DNA of 64,000 nucleotides, from contig JAFDWG010000315.1 of assembly GCA_018268605.1 (NCBI GenBank), forward strand, positions 2,127-66,126, written 5' to 3'. Under the pieces are notes generated by a model that was given only the letters and a program-made list of their open reading frames with translations, made no database searches and was not told the origin of the DNA. The DNA comes from Actinomycetota bacterium. GTDB taxonomy: Bacteria; Actinomycetota; Thermoleophilia; Solirubrobacterales; 70-9. This document shows positions 8,636 to 17,049 of the stretch, one piece after another. Made by a program: the position numbers and the translations under genes. Every line of letters begins with the position of its first letter. Position 1 is the first letter of the stretch.

Positions 8636-10100
8636 ATGGGCCGCGACGCCGAGCTGTGCGGAAGGACCCGAGCACGAAGGCGAAGTCATCCGCGGGAACG
8701 CCGGCGACGACCGGTTGTACGACGGGATCGGCGATGACCGGTTGGAAGGTGGGCCGGGGAACGATTGGCTCTCCGGCGGTTTCGGATCGGACGCGATCGA
8801 CGGGCAGGAAGGCGACGACTTCGTGCGCGGGGACGGGACGATCGATCACATCTTCGACACGGGCGGAGGCTTCGACACGCTGAGCTTCGCGACCCGGGGG
8901 ACGCCGGGCTTCGGCGCGGGCAAGGCCCCGGCCGTCACCGGCTTCCCGAAAGGGGAAGAAGCGGAACGCGGAGTCTTCGTCAATCTCGCCGCGGGCGGGC
9001 AGAACGCCGAAGACGGGATCGCCGCATCGGGCGGGGGAGTCGACGAAGTCCAGCCGGGCGCCTTCGAGCGGATCGTCGGCTCACCCTTCTCCGACTACCT
9101 CGTCGGCACCGGCGCGAGCGAAGAAATCATCGGCGGCGGCGGCGCCGACGTAATCCTCGGTGGGGGTGGGCAGGACGTCCTGCGGGGTGGAGCCGACGGC
9201 GATTTCCTCGAAGTCGCGCCAGGGTCGAACTCGACGAGCGACACCGGCGCCGATCTTCTCCACGGCGGGTCCGGCGACGACGCGCTGATCCACAATGGCG
9301 GCGCCGACTACCTCGACGGCGGTGAAGGCTCCGACCTCTTCGGCACGGCCGGCGTCGACGCCCGGATCGACCTCGGACTGGTCGGCGAAGTCGGGCCGAA
9401 CGAGGCTCCGGTCTGTCCCGGCGAAACGTTCGACCACCTGACCGGCATCGAGGACCTCGAGGGCTCGGAAGGCAGCGACGTCCTCTTCGGAGGCGAAGGC
9501 GACAACCAGCTCCTCGGCCACCGCGGCGAAGACACCTATCGGGCGCTCGGCGGCAACGACACGATCTTCCGCCAACTCCGGTACCCGCGATCGGGTCATC
9601 GACTGCGGCGACGGGGAAGACACCGCGGTCGTCGATCTCCCCCGGTCGTCGATCCGGCGCCGATCGGCTGTGAGCGGGTGCGCGGGGGGACCCCCAACGA
9701 ATTCGAAACCGAAATCGAACAGCCGGTGCTCGCGCCGGTGACGCTTCCCCCTCCGGCCCCCGCTCCCGTCCCGTCCGCGCCGGTCACGAAGCCGAAGCCC
9801 GACCGGATCGCGCCGCGCACGAAACTGCTGCGCCGCCCGGCGAAGGTGCTTCACGTACGGTGACACAGCCCCGCCTCGGTCACCTTCCGCTTCGCTGCGA
9901 GCGAGCCGTCGCGCTTCGAGTGCAAGCTCGACGGGAAGTCGTATCGCCGTTGTCACTCTCCCGTGCGCGCCTTGCTCCGTCCCGGCCGCCACGTCTTCCG
10001 AGTTTTCGCGATCGATGCCGCCGGAAACCGCGACAAGACGCCGGCCGTGTTGAAGGTGCAAGTGGTCGCGGTGAACGGGCGCGGCCGGTCAGCGGACCTC
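8636..10100 (+). pseudogene. Decayed RTX-type (GGxGxD calcium-binding repeat) secreted protein gene
   Basis: ORF 8715..9863 is full of GGxGxD nonapeptides. The family-typical text continues in other frames. One extra A near 8662 separates MGRDAELCG from GPEHEGEVIRGNAGDD. Frame jumps at about 9570 and in the C5 run 9639-9643 hide ANSGTRDRVIDCGDGEDTAVVDL. An in-frame TGA at 9861-9863 splits KVLHVR from HSPASVTFRFAASEPSRFECKLDG...AIDAAGNRDKTPAVLKV. There is no clean stop before ohr. Confidence 0.55.
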
Positions 10101-10144
10101 CGTAGGGTCCGTCTCCCAACCATTTCTCGACAGGAGGCCGAACG

Positions 10145-10576
10145 ATGGGCAAAGTCATCTATACCGCCGAGGCGCACGTCACCGGGGGCCGGGCCGAGGG
10201 GCACGGCAGGTCGAGCGACGGGGAGCTCGAGGTCGATCTGCGCCTGCCCGCCGAGTTGGGCGGCGAAGGTGGCGGGACGAATCCCGAGCAGCTCTTCGCG
10301 GTCGGCTACGCGGCCTGCTTCGAGGGCGCGATCGGCGCGGTCGCGCGGCGCACGAAAGCGGAGACGGGCGATGTCGAAATCGATTCGAAGGTGATGCTGA
10401 ATCCGGGACCGGAGCGGACCTTCTTCCTCTCCGTGCAGCTCGACGTGACGCTGCCGTCGGTCGAGGGCGATGCCGCGGTCGAGCTGGTTCGCGAGGCGCA
10501 CAAAGTGTGCCCGTACTCGAACGCGACCCGCGGCAACATCGAGGTGAGGCTGACCGCCAACGGCGCCGCCGTCTGA
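10145..10576 (+). CDS. ohr: Organic hydroperoxide resistance protein (OsmC/Ohr family)
   Basis: TNPEQLFAVGYAACF and VCPYSNATRGNI carry the two conserved Cys of Ohr. AGGAGG lies 6 nt upstream of the ATG. Confidence 0.9.
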   Translation: MGKVIYTAEAHVTGGRAEGHGRSSDGELEVDLRLPAELGGEGGGTNPEQLFAVGYAACFEGAIGAVARRTKAETGDVEIDSKVMLNPGPERTFFLSVQLDVTLPSVEGDAAVELVREAHKVCPYSNATRGNIEVRLTANGAAV

Positions 10577-10628
10577 CAGCGCGCCGCCGGCGGAAGGAGT
10601 CGGCGCGGAGGAGGCGAACCGGGCAGTC

Positions 10629-11147
10629 GTGCACCGACTGCCGCTCCGTTTCCCGCTCAGCGCCCTCGCGATCGTCGCCGTCGTCGCGATGGCGATCATC
10701 CTGCCGACCGCCTTCGGCGCCTCGGCGCCCACCCCGGCGCCGACCCGCGTCGCGATGGCGCAGACCGAACGGGTCCAGGGCGCTCCGGGCCGCACGATGG
10801 TCCTCAGCAAGGTGACGGTCCCGCCGGGCGCGAAGCTCGCCGCCCATCACCACCTCGGCACCCAGATCTCGCGGGTCGTCTCGGGGACGCTCAGCTATAC
10901 GGTCCGCGAAGGCAAGGCGGAACTCTTCGAAGGTGAATCCGACGAAGAACCGCGCCTGGTCCGTGTCATCACCGCCGGCAAGACGGCACAGATCGAGCCG
11001 GGCCAGTGGCTGGTCGAGCAGCCTTCGGACATCCACCAGGCCGCCAACCGCGGCTCCTCACCGGTCGTGATCTACCTGGCGACGCTCCTCAAGGACGGCG
11101 CCGCTCCTTCGACTCCTGTCGCTCTGCATCCTCGCGCCGGTCGTTAG
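10629..11147 (+). CDS. Secreted cupin-domain protein
   Basis: Signal-like N-terminus LSALAIVAVVAMAIILPTAFGASA. Cupin motifs GAKLAAHHHLGTQISRVVSG and GQWLVEQPSDIHQAAN. Confidence 0.75.
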   Translation: MHRLPLRFPLSALAIVAVVAMAIILPTAFGASAPTPAPTRVAMAQTERVQGAPGRTMVLSKVTVPPGAKLAAHHHLGTQISRVVSGTLSYTVREGKAELFEGESDEEPRLVRVITAGKTAQIEPGQWLVEQPSDIHQAANRGSSPVVIYLATLLKDGAAPSTPVALHPRAGR

Positions 11148-11358
11148 TCGCCTGTCGGTTCGGGTGTCGCTCCTGGCCGGTGGGCTCGTTCGTGCCCGGC
11201 TGCTTCACCGCCGCCGCGGCTTCCTTGGCTTTGTCGGAGAGGCTGCCTTTGCTTTTCGCGATGTCGGCCAGTTCCTGCGCGTCCTCCTTCAGCGAGTCGA
11301 CGCCGCCGCGGTCGTCGACCATCTTCTTGCCTTTGTCGATCAGTTTCTTGAAGTCCAT
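11089..11358 (-). CDS. Small hydrophilic protein, MT0933/Rv0909-like (family often annotated as antitoxin)
   Basis: ORF 11089..11388 trimmed to the ATG at 11358, which follows GAGGAGAGGATCGAG. MDFKKLIDKGKKMVDDRGGVDSLKEDAQELADIAKSKG resembles that family. The 3' end overlaps the convergent cupin gene by 59 nt. Confidence 0.5.
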   Translation of the reverse strand: MDFKKLIDKGKKMVDDRGGVDSLKEDAQELADIAKSKGSLSDKAKEAAAAVKQPGTNEPTGQERHPNRQATNDRREDAERQESKERRRP

Positions 11359-11764
11359 CTCGATCCTCTCCTCGGGGGCGACCTCCACCAGAAGTTAATC
11401 GCGACTGGACGGACCGCGCTACACTCCGACGCAATGGCGATCCAGGGCGGACAGAACGTGGTTACTTGCGCGTCCCCCGCGAACGTCGTCATTGCTGGTG
11501 TTGTCGTTATCGAGGCCGGGCTTACGGTCAAAAGCCCGGTCGTCGTCTGACACCGCAAGAACGCCCGCCGACCAAGCAGACAAACCAGAGGGACGCGGCG
11601 GAGGCGTTGTCAGCCGTACCGATCCCTTCGAAGCATTGGCAGGAAGCCCTCGGAATCCTGGCTTCCCAGCGCTATCCCCAACCGCCCTTCCCGACATCCT
11701 TCGACGATCGTCGCCCCGCGCCCTGAGGGCGGCCGCTCGCCCTCCCCGAAGACCCTCTAAGATC

Positions 11765-11790
11765 GTCCCCTGCGGCCCTCCGCAGGGGAC
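11765..11790 (+). other. Perfect 11-bp stem-loop 10 nt upstream of tRNA-Thr
   Basis: GTCCCCTGCGG-CCCT-CCGCAGGGGAC. Possibly a terminator of an upstream transcript or a processing signal. Confidence 0.4.
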
Positions 11791-11799
11791 GCGCTGTCC

Positions 11800-11872
<73 letters not shown>

Positions 11873-11877
11873 CTGAG

Positions 11878-11904
11878 AAACCGCCTGTAAAAGGGCGGTT
11901 TTTC
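11878..11904 (+). terminator. Rho-independent terminator after tRNA-Thr
   Basis: AAACCGCC-TGTAAAAG-GGCGGTTT followed by a T-run (TTTTTCC). Confidence 0.6.
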
Positions 11905-11930
11905 CTTGTCTGGGGAGCCGTGGCAGGTAG

Positions 11931-12262
11931 TCAATTCGGACGGCTTGGGAGCATTCCGAATCGGGGTGGGACCTTCGCCTCGAACCCGAGCCGTGCGAAC
12001 AGCTCATGCAGGTACAGCTCCCAGAACGCCGGGTTGAACTGTCCCTCGCCCTTTGGCCGCCGGCGCTGCCGCAGATCTTTGACCGCCGGCTCGGACTGCG
12101 AGCTGGCGAAGCGCTCGTACCAGTCGTTGAGGAGGTCTGGCATCCGGGCGAAGACGGGATCGTGAACCCCCTGCAAAAAGCCGTAGTGGCTCGCTGCCGC
12201 TCATGCGAGTGCATCGGGAGGCGGTCGCTGCGCTGCTGATCGGGGAACAGGGGCTCGGCCAC
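11931..12262 (-). pseudogene. Truncated or frameshifted gene remnant abutting tRNA-Thr
   Basis: ORF 11931..12176 reads protein-like (SHYGFLQGVHDPVFARMPDLLNDWYERF...GQFNPAFWELYLHELFARLGFE). It has no credible start. The upstream text (VAEPLFPDQQRSDRLPMHSHE) is in another frame and the ORF ends against the tRNA terminator. Confidence 0.3.
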
Positions 12263-12860
12263 GGTGCCGCAAATGTAGGACGGCCGATGGACGCCGGGAG
12301 GAGGGCAACGGCACTATTGAGGATGTTCCGCCGCCGCCCATCGCACCCGGTATCGACCACCCTCCCGCGTCGTCCAGATTCCAGAAGTGGGCGACGCCCT
12401 GCGCGTCCTCAATCGTCTCCCCGATCGCGTTGTATCCGCAGGCGATTCCGAGGCCGAAGCGCTCGGATGCGAGCACCGCGACCCGTTCGCACTTGCGCGG
12501 AGAGTCCAAGTATTCGACGTAGGTGAGGGACAACGCCTCGCTGTCGAGGGTGAAGGTGGGGAGCCGGTCAGCATCCGGTAGCTGACCGCAGCTGGACCGC
12601 GCTGCCGATCGACGCGCCTCCTAAGCGCCTCCTCGACCTCCGACAGGGCGACGTCGGGGTCATGCTGCGACGCGCTGACGTGCGCCGTCGCGCTCGCTGA
12701 CCGCGTGTCGCAGGTGGTCGTGCGGCAACCAGTTCGCCGCCTCGACGTTGCCCAGCGCAACGCCGTAGAACCCTTCCACGGTCAGGTGCCTAGGTGCGCT
12801 CCAAGCCACGTCGATCACGCCGTCACCGTCGACGACCTCCCGGCCGGCTGACTCTCTCAT
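12201..12860 (-). pseudogene. Decayed gene, with start and RBS intact and the reading frame broken at least twice
   Basis: The ATG at 12860 follows GGAGGACGG. MRESAGREVVDGDGVIDVAWSAPRHLTVEGFYGVALGNVEAANWLPHDH stops after 66 aa. Protein-like text resumes in two other frames (DPDVALSEVEEALRRRVDRQRG; TFTLDSEALSLTYVEYLDSPRKCERVAVLASERFGLGIACGYNAIGETIEDAQGVAHFWNLDD). Confidence 0.3.
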
Positions 12861-12875
12861 CCGTCCTCCAGGCAT

Positions 12876-12891
12876 TACCAAACGATTGGTA
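12876..12891. promoter_or_regulatory. Operator-like box A
   Basis: TACCAAACGATTGGTA, a 16-bp palindrome in the divergent region between the 12860(-) remnant and the 13080(+) ligase. Confidence 0.45.
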
Positions 12892-12994
12892 GAACTCTAG
12901 ACAGGAGGCGACTCTCAGGGGTAGGCTTCGGTTCCCTCCTGACAGCCGAGGGGCGGGCATCTTGGCTGTAGGCATGGAAGGTCCTCCGGGGTCG

Positions 12995-13024
12995 TTGACA
13001 GCCGGCCCACCGGGTCGATATCCT
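12995..13024 (+). promoter_or_regulatory. Putative sigma-70-type promoter of the CoA-ligase gene
   Basis: TTGACA (12995-13000), an 18-nt spacer, then TATCCT (13019-13024). It lies 55 nt upstream of the ATG at 13080 and box B follows directly. Confidence 0.4.
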
Positions 13025-13046
13025 ACCTACCAATCGGTAGGTTAGG
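13022..13046. promoter_or_regulatory. Operator-like box B
   Basis: CCTACCTACCAATCGGTAGGTTAGG. An inverted repeat CCTACC-AATC-GGTAGG with extended arms, overlapping the -10. Confidence 0.45.
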
Positions 13047-13079
13047 TAATTGGGATGACTGCAGGGAAGAGCTGAGGGA

Positions 13080-14678
13080 ATGACAGTACAAGGCATCCGT
13101 GCGAGCCACCCGATGGTCGCAGGCGACATCGTGAGCCTAGGGGCCCGGCGCTCGCCCGACCGCGTCGCGGTGAAGATGCGCGAGGGGCGGGAGGTCACCT
13201 ATGCAGAGCTCGACCGGCGCACCGATCGTCTGGCCAACGCCCTGCTTGGCATGGGGCTCGGCCCAGGGGATCGGGTAGGCGCCTGGCTGCCCGACTGCGT
13301 CGAGTACGTCGAGCTCTACCTGGCCGTGGCCAAGGCCGGCCTGGTCATGGTCCCGGTCAACGCCCGGCTCCGGGCGGGCGAGGCCTCCTATCCGCTCGTC
13401 GACTCCGGGGCCAAGGTCCTCTTCTTCGGCCCCGACCTCGCCGGCGACGTCGGCGAGATCGAGTGCCTCGAGGCACTCGAGTTGGTCTCCGTGGCGCACG
13501 CCGACGGTGGTGTCCCAGCGCGTGATTTCGAGGCGCTCATGGCGGCCGGGTCCGCCGGTCCGCCGCCCACACCGGAACCTGAGGACCTCTTCATAATCGG
13601 CTACACGAGCGGGACCACCGGGCGTCCGAAGGGGGCGATGCTGACCCATCGGAGCGTTCTCGCGATCGCGCGACTGAACGCGATCTCCTACCACCTGCCG
13701 TTCTTCGGGACCGCGGCGCTGACCGGGTCGATGTCTTTCGTGGCAACGGTCCCGGCCCACATCTTCACCCATCTCTTGCTTGGCGGAACCTTGGTGATCA
13801 TGGGGAGCTGGGACGTCGAGACGCTGATCGACGTGATCGAGCGAGAGCGCGCCACCTTCACCTACATACCGTCCCCCCTGATCGGCGAGTTCGTTGAGGC
13901 CGCGCGTCGGACGCCGCAGCGCTGGCGGTCGCTGCAGTCGGTTCTCCACTCGGCCTCGCGGGCCAGCCCGGAGAAGCTCCGGCTGCTTGCCGAGGTGGTC
14001 GGTGCCCGCTTCGTCGAGGGGCTCGGGATGACCGAGAACTCTGGCGGCCTGATCACCGCCACGACCCGCGGGGACATCGAAGGGGAGCCGGACGCCAACG
14101 ACCTGTTCGCCTCGGTCGGCCGTGCCGTCGCCGAATCGGCGGTGGCCTTGGTCGAGCCGGAGAGCGGCGAGCCTTTGCCGCACGACGGGAGCACCGTCGG
14201 CGAACTGGCGATCAAGAGCCCGGCCCTGATGAGCGGCTACTGGAACCTTCCCGAGGCGAGCGCCGCGGCGCTGGTCGACGGCTGGTACCGGAGCGGCGAC
14301 CTCGGCTCGATCGATCCCGCCGGGTACGTCTACATCGCCGAGCGCCGCACCGATCTGATCGTCTCCGGGGGGATGAACGTCTATCCCACCGAGGTGGAGG
14401 CCTTCATCAGGACGCTACCTGGAGTAGCCGACGTTGCCGTCGTCGGTCTGCCACATGAGCGCTGGGGGCAGAGCGTGTCCGCGGCGGTCATCCCCCGGCC
14501 CGGGGCAGAGTTGACGGCGGAGGCGGTGATCGAGTCCTGCCGGGCCGGCCTCGCGAGCTACAAGAAGCCGACATCGATCCGCTTCCTCGGCGACTTTCCG
14601 CGCACCGCCAGCATGAAGGTCAAGCGGGCCGAGATCCGCAGACAGCTGGAAGCCGAAGACGACGTCCTCGGGGATTGA
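13080..14678 (+). CDS. AMP-dependent acyl-CoA synthetase/ligase (FadD-like)
   Basis: AMP-binding signature IGYTSGTTGRPKGAMLTH. C-terminal GWYRSGDLG...RRTDLIVSGGMNVYPTEVE...KKP...PRTASMKVKR. Confidence 0.9.
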   Translation: MTVQGIRASHPMVAGDIVSLGARRSPDRVAVKMREGREVTYAELDRRTDRLANALLGMGLGPGDRVGAWLPDCVEYVELYLAVAKAGLVMVPVNARLRAGEASYPLVDSGAKVLFFGPDLAGDVGEIECLEALELVSVAHADGGVPARDFEALMAAGSAGPPPTPEPEDLFIIGYTSGTTGRPKGAMLTHRSVLAIARLNAISYHLPFFGTAALTGSMSFVATVPAHIFTHLLLGGTLVIMGSWDVETLIDVIERERATFTYIPSPLIGEFVEAARRTPQRWRSLQSVLHSASRASPEKLRLLAEVVGARFVEGLGMTENSGGLITATTRGDIEGEPDANDLFASVGRAVAESAVALVEPESGEPLPHDGSTVGELAIKSPALMSGYWNLPEASAAALVDGWYRSGDLGSIDPAGYVYIAERRTDLIVSGGMNVYPTEVEAFIRTLPGVADVAVVGLPHERWGQSVSAAVIPRPGAELTAEAVIESCRAGLASYKKPTSIRFLGDFPRTASMKVKRAEIRRQLEAEDDVLGD

Positions 14679-14709
14679 GCACGCCTTCGTGGTAGCGCGC
14701 GGCAGCACG

Positions 14710-14738
14710 TTGCCTACCAAACGATTGTCTGGTAAGCT
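14710..14738 (+). promoter_or_regulatory. Putative internal promoter with box C in the spacer; possibly a leaderless mRNA
   Basis: TTGCCT (14710-14715), a 17-nt spacer, then TAAGCT (14733-14738). The ATG of the next gene starts at 14746, 8 nt after the -10. No SD sequence is visible. Confidence 0.35.
14716..14734. promoter_or_regulatory. Operator-like box C
   Basis: ACCAAACGATTGTCTGGTA. Confidence 0.4.
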
Positions 14739-14745
14739 GCCCAGA

Positions 14746-15876
14746 ATGTTCACTGGCTCAGACAACAAAGTGGCGATCGTCGCCGGCGCGCAAACGCCTT
14801 TCAAGGCCGCCTGGGCCGACCGTCAGCACGTTGATCTGATCGGCGACGTGATCAACGGCGCGCTCAAAGGGACCGGGCTGCGGATCCAGGACGTCGACTT
14901 CGTGATCGACTCCGGCAGCGACATCCTCGACGGCCGCAGCATCTCCAACTGCGGCTTCCTCGGCGCCATGGGCGCGCACCAGAAGGAAGAGTCGCGGGTC
15001 GAGGAGGACGGGCTCTGGGCGGCGCTCTACGGCGCCACCAAGATCGGCTCCGGCTCCGCCGAGGTGGGCCTCCTGCTCGCCTACTCGAAGCCTTCGGAGG
15101 GCAGCGTCCCGGCCTTCTACTGGTCGCAGTGCGAGCCCTTCTACCAGCGGCCGGTCGGCTTCGGCCAGGCGGCCGCCGGCGGACTGCAGGCGCAGAGCTA
15201 CCTGGCCAGGCACTCGCTCTCCGACGAAATCTTCGCCGACGTCGTCGCCCACGACTGGGCCAACGCCGCGCGTAATCCCGCGGTCGATGTCGAGGCGGCG
15301 CCGAGCGCCGACGAGATCCGCAGCTCCGATGTCGTCGCAGCACCGCTGCGCGAGCTGGAGATGGCGCGGCAAGTCGACGGCGCGGTCGCGATGGTGATCA
15401 CCTCCGAACGGGTGGCCGAGCGGATCTGCCCGGATCCGGTCTGGATCACCGGCATCGGTACCGCGATGGACCAGCACGCCTTCTCGATGCGTGAGCGGGA
15501 CTCCCTGCCGGCCTGCAGGGCGGCCGCCGAGGCCGCCTACAAGCGGGCCGGGATCGACGACCCGACCACCCTATCGCTGGCCGAGGTCTCCGCTTCCTCG
15601 GCCGCTACCGAGCTGATGGTCATCGAGGCGCTCGGCCTCGCCGACCCCGGCACCGCGGCACAGGTCTACGGCGGTGACGGACCGGCTATCAACCCTTCCG
15701 GCGGGGCGCTGCCGGCCGACCCGATCATGGCGACCGGGCTTGCCCGGCTGCACGAGGCCGCGCTGCAGCTGACCGACCGGGTCGACCACGGCCCGGACGG
15801 CGCGACCTCGGCGGTCGTCCACGGCGCCGGCGGGGTCGGGATGCAAAACCACTGCGTGTTCACCCTGGAGGTCTAG
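14746..15876 (+). CDS. Thiolase-fold (SCP-x/Ltp-like) protein, non-canonical active site
   Basis: ORF 14689..15876 trimmed to the ATG at 14746. Thiolase-like N- and C-domains. The C-terminal motif reads NPSGGALPADPIMATG instead of GG..GHP.GATG, and I see no clear CxSG nucleophile motif. Confidence 0.8.
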   Translation: MFTGSDNKVAIVAGAQTPFKAAWADRQHVDLIGDVINGALKGTGLRIQDVDFVIDSGSDILDGRSISNCGFLGAMGAHQKEESRVEEDGLWAALYGATKIGSGSAEVGLLLAYSKPSEGSVPAFYWSQCEPFYQRPVGFGQAAAGGLQAQSYLARHSLSDEIFADVVAHDWANAARNPAVDVEAAPSADEIRSSDVVAAPLRELEMARQVDGAVAMVITSERVAERICPDPVWITGIGTAMDQHAFSMRERDSLPACRAAAEAAYKRAGIDDPTTLSLAEVSASSAATELMVIEALGLADPGTAAQVYGGDGPAINPSGGALPADPIMATGLARLHEAALQLTDRVDHGPDGATSAVVHGAGGVGMQNHCVFTLEV

Positions 15877-15880
15877 TCGG

Positions 15881-17038
15881 ATGCGGGACGTAGCGATCGT
15901 CGGAACCGGCCAGACCGTCCACGCCCGGCGGCGCACCGACGTCAGCCAGGCGGGGCTCGTCCGCGAGGCGGTCGACGAGGCCCTCGCCGATGCCGAGTTG
16001 ACCTTTGACGACATCGATTCGGTCGTCGTCGCCAGCGGTCCGGCCCTGTTCGGCGCGGTGAACCAGCCGGAGAAGTGGCTGGTCGACGGCCTCGGCGGCC
16101 GGATGAAGCCCGTGGTGCGGATCACCAGCGGCGGCGGCACCGGCCTCGCCGGCGCGCTCGCGGCGATGAATCAGGTCTCCAGCGGCTTTGCCGAGCGGAC
16201 CCTCGTCGTCGCCTACGACAAGCTCTCCGAGGGTGCTCTGCAATACCAGATCTCGACCCTCTACGACCCCTTTTGGGGACGCGAGTTCGCAGTCGGGATC
16301 ATGGGCTTCGCCTCGGCCTACTGGCGGGCCCGGATCGAGACGCTCGGCCACACCGAGGAGGCGGCGGCGATGGTCGGCGTGAAGAACCACAAGAACGCCT
16401 TCCTCAATCCCTATGCGCACGTGCGCAAGGAGATCACCGTCGACGACGTGCTCGAGAGCCGTCCACTGGCCTGGCCGATCAAGCTGCTCGACGTGCCGCC
16501 GATCTCCGACGGCGCCTGCGCGGTGGTGCTGGCCTCCGACGACGCGGCGCCGAAGACGACCGCGAAGCCGGCCTGGATCCGCGGCATGTCCTACTACGGC
16601 GAGGCCGACAACGCTCCTGACCGCTTCATGCTCCAGTCCGTTCCGCTGCAGCTCGCCGCCCAGCGCGTCTACAAGAAAGCCGGGATCACCAACCCGCGCC
16701 GCCAGTTCGACGTCGCCGAGCTGCAGGAGCCCTACACCTGCTTCGAGCTCAGCTATTACGAAGGCCTGGGGCTCTGCCCGACCGGCGAGGCGGCGGACCT
16801 GATCGCCTCGGGCGCCACGGAGATGGACGGCGACATCCCCTGCAACCCGTCCGGCGGCTGCATGGGCGCCAACCCGATCGGAGCCACTGCGCTGATCCGG
16901 CTCGCCGAGGCGGCCCTGCAGGTGACCGACAAAGCCGGCGGCCGGCAGGTCCCGAACGCCCGCACGGCGTTGGTGCAGGCAGGCGGGGGCTGGGCAAACC
17001 TGCGCGGCGTCGCCGTCGTCAGCGCCGACCGGAACTAG
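15881..17038 (+). CDS. Thiolase-fold (SCP-x/Ltp-like) protein, non-canonical active site
   Basis: MRDVAIVGTGQT... The position of the Cys nucleophile reads ITSGGGTGLAG. The C-terminal motif is NPSGGCMGANPIGATA (His replaced by Asn). Confidence 0.8.
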   Translation: MRDVAIVGTGQTVHARRRTDVSQAGLVREAVDEALADAELTFDDIDSVVVASGPALFGAVNQPEKWLVDGLGGRMKPVVRITSGGGTGLAGALAAMNQVSSGFAERTLVVAYDKLSEGALQYQISTLYDPFWGREFAVGIMGFASAYWRARIETLGHTEEAAAMVGVKNHKNAFLNPYAHVRKEITVDDVLESRPLAWPIKLLDVPPISDGACAVVLASDDAAPKTTAKPAWIRGMSYYGEADNAPDRFMLQSVPLQLAAQRVYKKAGITNPRRQFDVAELQEPYTCFELSYYEGLGLCPTGEAADLIASGATEMDGDIPCNPSGGCMGANPIGATALIRLAEAALQVTDKAGGRQVPNARTALVQAGGGWANLRGVAVVSADRN

Positions 17039-17049
17039 GAGGAAGCCAG

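Noticed and set aside
6011-8689. Very long ORFs on the opposite strand of annotated genes, e.g. 6011..8689 (892 aa), 26153..29131 (992 aa), 21699..23330 (543 aa), and the upstream part of 55544..57475.
   Set aside because: Their translations are Arg/Pro/Gly/Ala-rich low-complexity text with no motifs. They lie antisense or out of frame to ORFs with clear family signatures. These are typical shadow ORFs of a ~70% GC genome.
9861-9863. The in-frame TGA in the RTX-type gene as selenocysteine or programmed readthrough.
   Set aside because: The same gene has several independent frameshifts and no N-terminal export signal, and I see no SECIS-like hairpin downstream. Pseudogenisation explains all the lesions at once.
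11356-11374. An identical 19-mer CATCTCGATCCTCTCCTCG at 11356-11374 and 19688-19706, considered as a possible repeat element.
   Set aside because: In both places it is simply the start codon plus spacer plus the strong SD (GAGGAGAGG) of a minus-strand gene. Several other genes have near-identical SD contexts (32705, 40037, 46170). This is translation-signal convergence, not a mobile repeat.
11434-11550. The 38-codon hydrophobic ORF (MAIQGGQNVVTCASPANVVIAGVVVIEAGLTVKSPVVV) as a type-I toxin or RiPP precursor.
   Set aside because: It has no SD sequence and no neighbouring modification or immunity genes. Its codon bias is weaker than in real genes. I cannot distinguish it from a chance ORF.
11389-11799. 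RNase P RNA, tmRNA, SRP RNA or 6C RNA in the 410-nt gap. CCGGGCTTACGGTCA resembles the RNase P 3' region, and C-rich loops recall 6C.
   Set aside because: The universally conserved elements I can recall are absent on both strands. These are GAGGAAAGTCCGGGC for RNase P, the tRNA-like ends of tmRNA, the GGAA..AGCAGC SRP motif, and the two loops of six or more C residues in 6C. The resemblance is limited to about 14 nt.
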